A stretch of 64,000 nucleotides of DNA from IMG/VR virus record IMGVR_UViG_3300037296_000405; one strand, 5' to 3'. Under the pieces are notes generated by a model. That model was given only the letters and a program-made list of their open reading frames with translations, ran no database searches and was not told where the DNA came from. Origin of the DNA: an uncultured virus (IMG/VR IMGVR_UViG_3300037296_000405). Lineage: Duplodnaviria > Heunggongvirae > Uroviricota > Caudoviricetes. Below, piece by piece: positions 20,360-29,382 of this stretch (positions are counted from its first letter, which is position 1; each line of letters begins with the position of its first letter). A program made the translations under genes and the position numbers.

Positions 20360-20998
20360 TTGTTTATGAAAAAAATGAAAGAGATGTATTTAAAGAGTTA
20401 TTTTTATAGTGATTATTTAATTGAATCGTACTCTCTTTTATTTTTAGTTATATCTTGCACCTGTTTTGCATTTTTATTAAAATGGTTACTATTAGACGAT
20501 AATATAACGATAATGATAGTATCATTTGTTCCTTTGTTCATATACCAGCAATATGTTCTTAGGTTTGATTCTAAACCTTTATCAATGAGAATATTAAATA
20601 AAATATTAAGAGATGAAGAAATTAATCTAGATATTGACTTTACAGTTGATAACTTAATTAAAATATTTGGAGAACACAATCTATTATTTAATGAAGATGA
20701 TGATATAAATAAGCTTCTTGTTTATAAGAGCGAGAAAATTCAACAAAAAATAAAAGATGAATCTATAAATATGAAATACGTCATTATAAATAGGTATCTC
20801 TTAAGTCAATTTTTAAAAGGTGAAAGAGCATACATTGATTATTCTTATATAATCAATAAGAAAGCAGTCCAAGAGTATCTAAAAACAAATAAAGAAAAAC
20901 AAAATTTTGTTTTAGATTTCGAAAATATTAACGATAAGAAGTGTGAATATTTGGCTAGTGATTTTAATTTTTTGAAAAATTTTTTGGGATTTAACTGA
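20360..20998 (+). CDS. membrane protein (2 TM)
   Basis: ORF, two hydrophobic helices. Confidence 0.65.
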   Translation: MFMKKMKEMYLKSYFYSDYLIESYSLLFLVISCTCFAFLLKWLLLDDNITIMIVSFVPLFIYQQYVLRFDSKPLSMRILNKILRDEEINLDIDFTVDNLIKIFGEHNLLFNEDDDINKLLVYKSEKIQQKIKDESINMKYVIINRYLLSQFLKGERAYIDYSYIINKKAVQEYLKTNKEKQNFVLDFENINDKKCEYLASDFNFLKNFLGFN

Positions 20999-21087
20999 TA
21001 TAATTCAAATTAAAGTAAGTAAATTTTTAATGAAGCAATATTAATATAGTATATTATATAATTATAACTATTACAAAGGATTATTAA

Positions 21088-21285
21088 ATGGCGAAGAAAA
21101 AAGAAACAAAACTGGAAAAAGCTCAAAAATTTGCTTTTGAATTTATGTTTATGCAAAATGATTGCGGAGGTTCAGCAGTACAAGATTTTGCAGAAAATGA
21201 TGAGGATTGGGAAGATGAAGACATAGATGAAATTATGGCTACCCTTAAAAAACAGTATAAAGACCATGATAAGTGTTACGGATAG
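21088..21285 (+). CDS. small acidic protein
   Basis: AAGGA RBS. Confidence 0.65.
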   Translation: MAKKKETKLEKAQKFAFEFMFMQNDCGGSAVQDFAENDEDWEDEDIDEIMATLKKQYKDHDKCYG

Positions 21286-21317
21286 TAAATATCTTAAAAT
21301 CAAATTGAGTTAAATGT

Positions 21318-21358
21318 TCTTCCTTAGTATAAATTATATTAGATTTGTCTAAGGAAGA
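21318..21358. terminator. hairpin between convergent genes
   Basis: TCTTCCTTAG...CTAAGGAAGA. Confidence 0.55.
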
Positions 21359-21376
21359 TAATAAATTATTTCATTA

Positions 21377-21695
21377 TTAATTTTTATCTAGTTCTAAATT
21401 AGATAATTCTGAGTCTATATATACTTGTTCGTTAGTTTCATTATTTTCAGATAAAATATGAATACATTTCTTACCAAGATGTTTATTCCTGTAAATGGAT
21501 ATTACAGCTTTTGCATCTTCTGTGGAGTCTTTAATTTTAAAGGTTATATCCTTACTAGTATCAATTAGATAAACTCCTTTATAATTCCAAATTTGGGCAG
21601 GATAAAAAGTATTTAATAGTTTAAACAAATGAACAATAACTATCCATAACAATGGTAGTGGAGAGAACATGATTTTTAATAATATTTTTTTTCAT
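21377..21695 (-). pseudogene. membrane-anchored protein with +1 frameshift in poly-A after ATG
   Basis: AGGGG RBS then ATG-A8; A7 gives MKKILLKIMFSPL... in frame with 21377-21670. Confidence 0.5.
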
Positions 21696-21728
21696 TTAAA
21701 TACCCCTATAGTACATGATGATTTGATT

Positions 21729-21989
21729 TTAGTTATTGTAATCGCGTAGGTAATTTTCAATTTTTCTTTTAATAACGTCTGCAAATTTATAAGATACCGA
21801 GTACTCTGTATTTTCATAAGAGCCATTCGAATCTTTTTTTAAATATATGATATCTATTGTGTCATAGGCTATTTCTTTATTATAGTTTACAATAAAGCTG
21901 ATTGCTTTAACACTTTCATATATATTGTTTATATTGAGAACTAATTCTTTATTTTTAAATTTAGATAAAACAAATTTATAATCTCTCAT
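21729..21989 (-). CDS. hypothetical protein
   Basis: ORF with RBS. Confidence 0.6.
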   Translation of the reverse strand: MRDYKFVLSKFKNKELVLNINNIYESVKAISFIVNYNKEIAYDTIDIIYLKKDSNGSYENTEYSVSYKFADVIKRKIENYLRDYNN

Positions 21990-22014
21990 ATGGTTTAAAT
22001 ATTCCTTTTATTTT

Positions 22015-22425
22015 TTATAAATAACATTCAAGTATAGATTCACATATTAAAATTGATTCAGCATATTCTTTAGATGAATCAATTACGTTAGATATCTTTT
22101 TGTTATTTAGTGTAAATTCTAATTTATATTTATTTTTTATTCTTACAAAAGCATAATCTTTAACTTTTTCTTCAAGAATAATCTTTGCTTGAGATAAGTC
22201 AAAACAAGGTCTAAACTGATGAGCTTCTTTTGGTTCAGACCATCCAACCCACACAAAACCATCGTCAAGAGCTGGGTCTAAAGATTCACCATTAGACCTT
22301 TCATTCCAATAACTAACCTTTTCTCCTGTTTCATAATTTTCGCAAGTCCACTTCATGACTTTTGTTGCAATGTCATAATTTAATTGATATAGTTTATCTA
22401 AATCTTGTTCTTTATTTTTTTTCAT
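22015..22425 (-). CDS. phage ABA-sandwich (BC1872-like) protein
   Basis: IATKVMKW...FRPCFDLSQA pattern. Confidence 0.5.
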   Translation of the reverse strand: MKKNKEQDLDKLYQLNYDIATKVMKWTCENYETGEKVSYWNERSNGESLDPALDDGFVWVGWSEPKEAHQFRPCFDLSQAKIILEEKVKDYAFVRIKNKYKLEFTLNNKKISNVIDSSKEYAESILICESILECYL

Positions 22426-22537
22426 ATGTTCCCTTAATGTTACCTGCTAATAATTTATTATAGTTATTACTTAACATATTACAATTATAATGGGACTTTG
22501 TAATTAAGTCAATGTCTTTTTTTAGTATGTTTTATTA

Positions 22538-22566
22538 TTGACTCTATTTGTTTTTATAGGTATAAT
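22538..22566 (+). promoter_or_regulatory. sigma70 promoter TTGACT-N17-TATAAT
   Basis: near-consensus match ahead of three-gene operon. Confidence 0.75.
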
Positions 22567-22589
22567 ACTACTAAACGAAAGGATATATT

Positions 22590-22844
22590 ATGAGTAAAAT
22601 AGGTTATCACTTAAAAGACATTCCGAAAGGAAAGATTGGAGAGGTTAGTAAGATTCAAGAAGAAGTGCTTGAGTTAGAAGATGCAGAAACACAAGGTATT
22701 AGAATAATGCAACTAGTTGAATTGTCAGATATTTACGGAAGTATTGATCTTTATTTAAAAAATCATTTTCCTGACATAAGCATGGATGATTTAGCAGATA
22801 TGAGTAGAGTTACTCAAAGGGCTTTTATTAATGGAAAAAGATAA
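22590..22844 (+). CDS. MazG-like NTP pyrophosphatase-fold protein
   Basis: KIQEEVLEL...VELSD (EExxE...ExxD). Confidence 0.7.
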   Translation: MSKIGYHLKDIPKGKIGEVSKIQEEVLELEDAETQGIRIMQLVELSDIYGSIDLYLKNHFPDISMDDLADMSRVTQRAFINGKR

Positions 22845-23385
22845 TTTATCATTAGAAGTAAACTTAGATGATTTTTCGATAGATTTTCTAAAAAAAAATA
22901 ATCAGAGGTTGTATTACTTTGGTCTAGGGTTTATCCAATTAAAATTAACAGATAATCATAGAGTTCACTTTTATACTGATCAACTAGACAATAATACAGA
23001 TTCTATTCATAATCATAGATATGATTTTTCTTCAAAAATATTAAAAGGTACATTTTGTAATAAAATTTTTAATCAAGTCAAAGGCTCTGATTACGTATTA
23101 GTTAATGAAAGTTGTAATCCTGATATTGATGCCCCTGAAGAGAAAGAGACCTGTTCAGTAATAGAAATATCAAAAATTGAATATAGAACTAATGATATTT
23201 ATCAAATGGACCATAAGAAATTTCATCAAGTGTCATCTAAATATGCTGTAACTATATTAGAACGTTCTGATTATAAGCAAGAGTTTGCTCAGATTATCTA
23301 TAAAAAAGGAGAAGAGAGAAATTGTCCTTTTAAAATAAAGAATGAAGATTCAGTATTGTGGGAAATAATAAGGAGTATGTTATGA
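22831..23385 (+). CDS. cupin/double-stranded beta-helix protein
   Basis: IHNHRYDFSSKILKG and later FHQV. Confidence 0.65.
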   Translation: MEKDNLSLEVNLDDFSIDFLKKNNQRLYYFGLGFIQLKLTDNHRVHFYTDQLDNNTDSIHNHRYDFSSKILKGTFCNKIFNQVKGSDYVLVNESCNPDIDAPEEKETCSVIEISKIEYRTNDIYQMDHKKFHQVSSKYAVTILERSDYKQEFAQIIYKKGEERNCPFKIKNEDSVLWEIIRSML

Positions 23386-23963
23386 TTGATTACAAAAAGA
23401 TTGCAGATAGTATTTCTTTTTTTGATAAAGAAAATTATAAAAGGATAGAAGCTCCTTGGTGGGTCAGTCAGGATATTTCTAATATTACAAAGCCGAAAGA
23501 AGAGCAAGCTAATGATTACTTTATTAACCAGAATCAGAAATCACTTGTAGCCTCTGGTGAACAATCCTTTCTTTACCTCGCTAATAAGGGAAGGCTTCTA
23601 GAAGGTCAGTATCAGACGACAACACCTTGCTTCAGGAATGAGTCAATAGGAGTTCTTCATAAGAAGTGTTTTATTAAGAACGAGCTTATAAAGACCGATA
23701 AAGTTACAAAGACAGAGTTAGATAAAATGGTCGATATTGCATTTCAATTTTTTCTTAATTATTTTGATAAATCTGACATAGAAATAATTGAAACAGATAA
23801 GAATTCTTATGATATCCAAACTATGAATTTAGATAAAAATATTGAGCTTGGATCTTATGGGATTAGAGATTGTGAATTTCTTGAATGGATATATGGAACT
23901 GGATGTGCAGAGCCTAGATTAACTAGGGCTATTAAAATTAATGAAAAATATAAAAGTAAATAA
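23382..23963 (+). CDS. stand-alone class II aminoacyl-tRNA synthetase-like catalytic core
   Basis: motif 1-like IEAPW, LVASGEQ, motif 2 PCFRNE, ELGSYG, motif 3 GTGCAEPRL; no anticodon domain; ATGA overlap. Confidence 0.8.
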   Translation: MIDYKKIADSISFFDKENYKRIEAPWWVSQDISNITKPKEEQANDYFINQNQKSLVASGEQSFLYLANKGRLLEGQYQTTTPCFRNESIGVLHKKCFIKNELIKTDKVTKTELDKMVDIAFQFFLNYFDKSDIEIIETDKNSYDIQTMNLDKNIELGSYGIRDCEFLEWIYGTGCAEPRLTRAIKINEKYKSK

Positions 23964-24186
23964 TGAGTCTTTTTTTCTTATCTATAAATAATTTATAGCA
24001 TGCGCTATGCTCTTTACTTTTTTGATGGTTTTTATTTTATTTATATAACGCTTAATCTTTAATAATAAACAGGAATACTAATATATTATTGTATTTCTAT
24101 TTATTTCATGTAAATCATTGATGGAGTTGGGATTCAATTAGTGTTTAGAGAGTAAGTAAATTGACTTATTAGTATGTGTTTGTTTT

Positions 24187-24230
24187 AAATAAGGTTATAA
24201 AAAACAAAATATTTTTTTATAACCTTATTT
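24187..24230. repeat. perfect 18-bp inverted repeat
   Basis: AAATAAGGTTATAAAAAA-N8-TTTTTTATAACCTTATTT. Confidence 0.8.
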
Positions 24231-24411
24231 TCTCTTTCTATTCTTCTAAATCTTTAATTAATTCTTCTTGCATCTCAGCAGTTTTTAATAATGCTGATGA
24301 AATTACCGAATTCTTAGACATTTTTCTTAATCTAGCGGAATCCCACTTTAAAAATTTAATAAATAATTTATTCTGGGTTGCAAATATGATAAAATATTAA
24401 AAAGGAATTTT

Positions 24412-25059
24412 ATGAAATATTATTATATAGAACATGACCAACATACTCTGCCTAGACCCACTGAAGTGAAAATTCTTAAAAGGACTAAATCTCAAGTTTT
24501 TATAAAAAGGAAATCAGGGAAAGAAGTTTTAGTTCCTACCAAATACATATTTGCAGAAGATGAAGTTTCATTTGTCGAAAATGAATACTATATAGAAACT
24601 GAAGATACATTTAAATATAAAAGTGTTAGTCTTGGTAAAAATGAAGCTAAAGAAGTGTTCTCTGCTCTAGGAGTTTATCTAAGAATAGACGTAGAATCAT
24701 CATCATTCAAGATGCCTCCAAAAGACATATTATATATACGAATGTGTGCCAACGTAATTCATAGTTTTAAAGTTAAAAAATCTTTTAAAGGCACTAACAT
24801 CAAGCTTATTCAAGAATATTCCCCAAATACAGATGGTAAGAAAGATCGATATGGACATAAGTATCTACTTGATTTAGATATCACCAAACCAAGTAATCTT
24901 ATATATGTGTTACAACATCAAGGATACAAGAGTCATTCACTATTTATCCATAAAAAGAATGGTCTGTTTTTTAACTATCAATTTTCAAATAAAGAAACTA
25001 ATGATTTATTTAATGTGTTAGCTGAATACTTAGATTATGAAATAAAGGATTATAGATGA
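24412..25059 (+). CDS. hypothetical protein (tandem paralog A)
   Basis: SLGKNEAKEVFSALGVYL shared with next gene. Confidence 0.75.
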   Translation: MKYYYIEHDQHTLPRPTEVKILKRTKSQVFIKRKSGKEVLVPTKYIFAEDEVSFVENEYYIETEDTFKYKSVSLGKNEAKEVFSALGVYLRIDVESSSFKMPPKDILYIRMCANVIHSFKVKKSFKGTNIKLIQEYSPNTDGKKDRYGHKYLLDLDITKPSNLIYVLQHQGYKSHSLFIHKKNGLFFNYQFSNKETNDLFNVLAEYLDYEIKDYR

Positions 25060-25715
25060 TAACTCACTACATGATTCAACATAATGATAAAACTAAAGCA
25101 ATTGGAGTCAAACTAGTTTTTAGTCAAGATTTTAGCCATGTAATCGAAATTAAGAAAAAGAAGAATCTAGTTTATAATTGTTCTTTAATTAGAAAAGAAG
25201 ATATAGGTTTTATTGGTAAAAATTATTACACTAAAGATAAAAAAGGGCTTAACTATAAAAAATTCTCGATGGGTAAAGAAAATTTAAAATCTTTCTTCTA
25301 CGCTCTTGGTTTATATTTAGACATTGAAATAGAGGGAGCTAAAGCCATAGTTATCCCTGATAATATCGTATACACTTATGACGAGAGAAGAAATTTGTCA
25401 CTATTACCATTTCTAATAGATAAGACAATAAGAGATAAAAAAGATATTGTTGCAAGACAAATTTTTACTTATACTAAGGTAACAGGTGATACATACTCAA
25501 CAAAAGATTGCTATCAAGGTATTTATGTTTTTCATAAAAAAAGTTCTTCTCTAATTAGACCTATCTTCGTTGAAAATAATTCAGGTTGTGTTTGGAGACA
25601 TACTTACATCGATAGTAATATCGGAGTAGTTATTTATCGTAAAAAACAAAGTCATGAGGAATGTTTAGAATTATTTGAAGTACTATGTCATTATTTTGGA
25701 TATAACTTATTATAA
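25056..25715 (+). CDS. hypothetical protein (tandem paralog B)
   Basis: SMGKENLKSFFYALGLYL; ATGA overlap. Confidence 0.75.
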   Translation: MITHYMIQHNDKTKAIGVKLVFSQDFSHVIEIKKKKNLVYNCSLIRKEDIGFIGKNYYTKDKKGLNYKKFSMGKENLKSFFYALGLYLDIEIEGAKAIVIPDNIVYTYDERRNLSLLPFLIDKTIRDKKDIVARQIFTYTKVTGDTYSTKDCYQGIYVFHKKSSSLIRPIFVENNSGCVWRHTYIDSNIGVVIYRKKQSHEECLELFEVLCHYFGYNLL

Positions 25716-25913
25716 TTGTTTTACTTCTAAATACTTTAGTTCGACTAAGATTTTATATTTAATTATTTCTTCCTCATATAATAATTGAATTTCTTTGTAA
25801 ATTAAGTATATATTCTTCATGTAGAATAATACCAAAGTAACACTTCTCTTTCACAGAATCTCTAGGTTCTTCCTTTCTATCTATCATGAATTTCTACAAC
25901 ACACTTTCCAAAA
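25710..25913 (-). pseudogene. degenerate fragment of an endonuclease I gene
   Basis: FGKCVVEI / RKEEPRDSVK / LFYMKNIY separated by frameshifts versus YGECDFEI / RKAEPRDSVK / MFYMQDRY of 27841-28554. Confidence 0.7.
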
Positions 25914-25927
25914 GATATTTACTCTTA

Positions 25928-26410
25928 TTACTTTAAGGGGAAAAATTTACTAGGTTTATGTGAAAATGGATTAAATAAAGTTCTATTTTTTCTATAGTAT
26001 GGACAATCTATATAATTTTTAACATGTCTGTTTATTATATCAAATTCTAATAACAAAGGGAAAATATACCATAAAGAAAATTCATAAAACTTGTTAGGAT
26101 TCCTAGTAAAATATTTGATAATATGTGTAATGAAATATATTAAATATAAATTCATTAAAAAATGATCAAATAAAAAAAACAATATGATAGGGGTTAGTGC
26201 ATATATATATTTTTCACTGTCGATAAAATAGGTGTTCAATATACAGCGATAAGCATATGCAAAGGGTATGATTACATAAATCAATTCTGTCATGAAGTAC
26301 TCTTTAATTGGAGTTCCATAAAATGGTAGTATATCTTTTTTATAGCAATAGGTACAATAGAAAATATGTATTAATAGCTGTGTAATAATAATTGATGTCA
26401 TAATTATCAT
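25928..26410 (-). CDS. membrane protein
   Basis: multiple hydrophobic segments. Confidence 0.6.
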   Translation of the reverse strand: MIIMTSIIITQLLIHIFYCTYCYKKDILPFYGTPIKEYFMTELIYVIIPFAYAYRCILNTYFIDSEKYIYALTPIILFFLFDHFLMNLYLIYFITHIIKYFTRNPNKFYEFSLWYIFPLLLEFDIINRHVKNYIDCPYYRKNRTLFNPFSHKPSKFFPLK

Positions 26411-26414
26411 ATAT

Positions 26415-27824
26415 TTATACCTTTAAAGACTCAAAATACATCTGTACAGAATCTTCTAATCTTTTAATCTTATTTTCATCATATTTATCAAAATTAAAAG
26501 ATACTGTTTTTCTTTGAACTGTATATTTTGTAGTGTTCTCTTCTGTAATATTAGAAATATTCATTTCTTTAGATTCTATTTCTTTCTTTTTTGAAAATAG
26601 GGGGTTTCCATCAACATCACACCAAGAACTCATGTCAACTTTCTTCTTAATTAAATCATTTTCTTCAATTTTATTCAAGATGTTAATTGAAGAAATATTA
26701 TCCAAAATAGATTTTAAAGAAATCCCTTTTAATTTTTCATTAATTAAATTATTAGAGTGAGATTCTATAGATATGTCATAAGTATCTAAATCTTTAAAAT
26801 TAAAACTTCTATCTCTGTTATCTACTAATTTATACCTACTGTTCATGTTATAGGATAGAACACTAATGGGACTTAAAAATCTAAACCCAAATTTATAAAT
26901 TTTTTCATAATTATTAGGGCTATTTCTACTATGATGAGACCATTCTACAAATTCTTTCTCTTCTTTTGTAGCTTTTTCTTCTTCAACTTTATCAATATAT
27001 GAAGAAAAATTATCTTTTAAGTGAGAGAATTTCCTCTCCATTTCTTCTTGTTTTTTTAAGAATTTTGAACTTTTTACATGTACTGTTTTTCCTTCATCTT
27101 GAAGTCTAATACTATTTGATTGTACATCATAATCTATATTGCTACCACATAAATTATCTCTTAGAATTACAGTATCTTTTGATAAAACTGTATATTCATT
27201 AAATCCTAATAATTCATGAATATTATCTTTATTTTCTTTTAAAGCATAATATAATTTAGTTAAATTAAAATTAAATCCATCATAAGTTAATTCTTTTAAT
27301 AATGAATTAGATAAGTAATTATGTAGATACTTTCTAGTAAAGAACTTCTCTAGAGGCTTATCTTTACTAATTTCTTCATTGCTAACAACAAATTTTGTGT
27401 TAGTAGTTAGTCTTGGACTATGATCTTCTGAAATGGTCTCTTTGAAATCTTCAAAAATATTATCAACTAGCTCTTTTACCTCTTCCTCTGTGCAAGCAAC
27501 ATCTCCTAAAATACATTGAATTTCTTTTATATAAAAATCATAAGATAGATGAGTTCCTTTTATATTAAAATTATCCGTAATCTTTATTGAACGTTGGATA
27601 TTATTTTCTTTTGCATATATTCTTTCTAAAGACGAAATAATGTAATTATGCTCATGATTTAATAATTTATCTCTTTTTATATTATACATATCCATAAATA
27701 ATTTAATTGAAATGGGGGATAATCCAATTTGATTGTCTTTTCCCATTTTCACGTAAATATGTTCATTTTTAAAATGTTTCACAAATTCTGATACTTTCAT
27801 TCCGCCGTGATTATTATATCTCAT
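26415..27824 (-). CDS. hypothetical protein
   Basis: 469-aa ORF with AGGAG RBS. Confidence 0.75.
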   Translation of the reverse strand: MRYNNHGGMKVSEFVKHFKNEHIYVKMGKDNQIGLSPISIKLFMDMYNIKRDKLLNHEHNYIISSLERIYAKENNIQRSIKITDNFNIKGTHLSYDFYIKEIQCILGDVACTEEEVKELVDNIFEDFKETISEDHSPRLTTNTKFVVSNEEISKDKPLEKFFTRKYLHNYLSNSLLKELTYDGFNFNLTKLYYALKENKDNIHELLGFNEYTVLSKDTVILRDNLCGSNIDYDVQSNSIRLQDEGKTVHVKSSKFLKKQEEMERKFSHLKDNFSSYIDKVEEEKATKEEKEFVEWSHHSRNSPNNYEKIYKFGFRFLSPISVLSYNMNSRYKLVDNRDRSFNFKDLDTYDISIESHSNNLINEKLKGISLKSILDNISSINILNKIEENDLIKKKVDMSSWCDVDGNPLFSKKKEIESKEMNISNITEENTTKYTVQRKTVSFNFDKYDENKIKRLEDSVQMYFESLKV

Positions 27825-27840
27825 ATAATTCTCCTATATT

Positions 27841-28554
27841 TTATTTACATTCTCCAATAAACTTATTAACATTACCTTGATATTTCGCTTTTAAGCAGTT
27901 TATTCTTTTTTCCTCGCTATCGATAGGGTCTAGCTTATTCCAAGCATCATAGAGCTTCCTGTTGGATATCACCTTAATTCCATATCTATCTTGCATATAA
28001 AACATGATTCTAGCAACATCTCCTTTTACAGAATCTCTTGGCTCGGCTTTCCTATTTTCAATCTCAAAATCACATTCTCCATATTTTCTTTTTTCACCAG
28101 AAATTTCAGTTAGTCTAAAATTACTTCTTCTTCTATTAAGTTCTGGTAAAGCAGGAACTAAATTATGCAAATCAGCCTCCATAGCTTTATATTTAGGGTC
28201 TTTCTTTGCACATCTTCTACCTTTATATCTTTTACCTTTATTTTTACCTTTTTTTATAATACACTTAGGATCTCCTTTGAACCAGAATGGGAGATGCCTT
28301 CCAAAGCTGCTGGCTGCTGATACATGTTCCCAATCGATGAAGCCCTTATAATTTCCTGAGGGGATATATCCACAGCTTGAGGTATCAACTTTTTTTGTTT
28401 TATATGAGTAATCACATCCACAATAAAATGTCTTATATTCTGGATATATTTTTTTAAGAATCTTTTTTGCTTTATTAAAAGACGATACCTTATGATTAAA
28501 GTTATCTGCAAAAACATTTCCTGTTATTAAAATAATTACGATTAATAATTTCAT
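27841..28554 (-). CDS. endA: endonuclease I (EndA/Vvn family), secreted
   Basis: signal peptide; FYCGC, WEH, EADLHNL.P, N..RSN, KGDVARIMFYM. Confidence 0.92.
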   Translation of the reverse strand: MKLLIVIILITGNVFADNFNHKVSSFNKAKKILKKIYPEYKTFYCGCDYSYKTKKVDTSSCGYIPSGNYKGFIDWEHVSAASSFGRHLPFWFKGDPKCIIKKGKNKGKRYKGRRCAKKDPKYKAMEADLHNLVPALPELNRRRSNFRLTEISGEKRKYGECDFEIENRKAEPRDSVKGDVARIMFYMQDRYGIKVISNRKLYDAWNKLDPIDSEEKRINCLKAKYQGNVNKFIGECK

Positions 28555-29018
28555 GTATCTCCTTGTTTTTTTTGTACAATATAACCTGAAGCGGGGAAGC
28601 CTCCTGAAAGAGTATATTCTCCTCCATCTTTACAATAGGCTATCTCTTCATCGAGTTGCTCTTTCATTAATTCTTTTAAAATTAAAGAATCTTTTTCTGG
28701 TAAAATAAGAAAGCTTTGATTTTCCCAAGGAGCCAAGTCACCATCAAAAGTTCTTATGAGTATTTTATTTGTATTATGAATTCCTTGATTCAATCTGTTT
28801 TGAACAATATATCCAAGAAATTTGTTTAAGTTAGGAACAAAGGGCGTCGGCATAGCAACTAAAAAAGAAAATTGTTTAATTTCTTTTATATCACCAAAAC
28901 TATGGTAAAGAGGGTATTGGTCAAAAGTTCCTAATGAATCCCATGCTTTTTGAATGATATTAATTACTTTAGTATTAAGTAAAGTGTTTGCTTTATAATC
29001 TTTTAAATCAATTTTCAT
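28551..29018 (-). CDS. hypothetical protein
   Basis: ORF with RBS, overlap with endA start. Confidence 0.7.
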   Translation of the reverse strand: MKIDLKDYKANTLLNTKVINIIQKAWDSLGTFDQYPLYHSFGDIKEIKQFSFLVAMPTPFVPNLNKFLGYIVQNRLNQGIHNTNKILIRTFDGDLAPWENQSFLILPEKDSLILKELMKEQLDEEIAYCKDGGEYTLSGGFPASGYIVQKKQGDT

Positions 29019-29029
29019 TACTATCCTTG

Positions 29030-29347
29030 TTATACTTTGGGTCTGTAGTCAGCTAAAAAAAATATATTGTCATTTTTAAGTTCTTTTTTTCTTTTTGGTT
29101 TTATCAGGATTTTATTGTATTTTTGTATATTGACGTAATTTACCTTTCTATTAACTTTTATTTCACATTCATAGTCACTAGGGTAAAGACACTCAAAGTA
29201 TTCTTCAAAAGGGTATTCTCTGTTAACTATTAAGAACTTGGCTAACTTAGTAAACTCTTTTTTCTTTAAAAAAATCTTTTTATTTTTTAAACTTCTAAGT
29301 CTAAATATTTCTATATTAAATAAAATAAAATTTATGATATTTCTCAT
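29030..29347 (-). CDS. hypothetical protein
   Basis: TATAAT 6 nt before ATG. Confidence 0.55.
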   Translation of the reverse strand: MRNIINFILFNIEIFRLRSLKNKKIFLKKKEFTKLAKFLIVNREYPFEEYFECLYPSDYECEIKVNRKVNYVNIQKYNKILIKPKRKKELKNDNIFFLADYRPKV

Positions 29348-29382
29348 AGTAATATTATATCATGATTTGATTATAAATCAAG

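Noticed and set aside
23941..24400. ORF 24176-24400 and the hydrophobic frame starting at 23941
   Set aside because: Multiple stops or no RBS; probably decayed sequence that cannot be assigned
4548..28554. Restriction-modification pair (methylase plus endonuclease I)
   Set aside because: EndA is a secreted non-specific nuclease about 22 kb away
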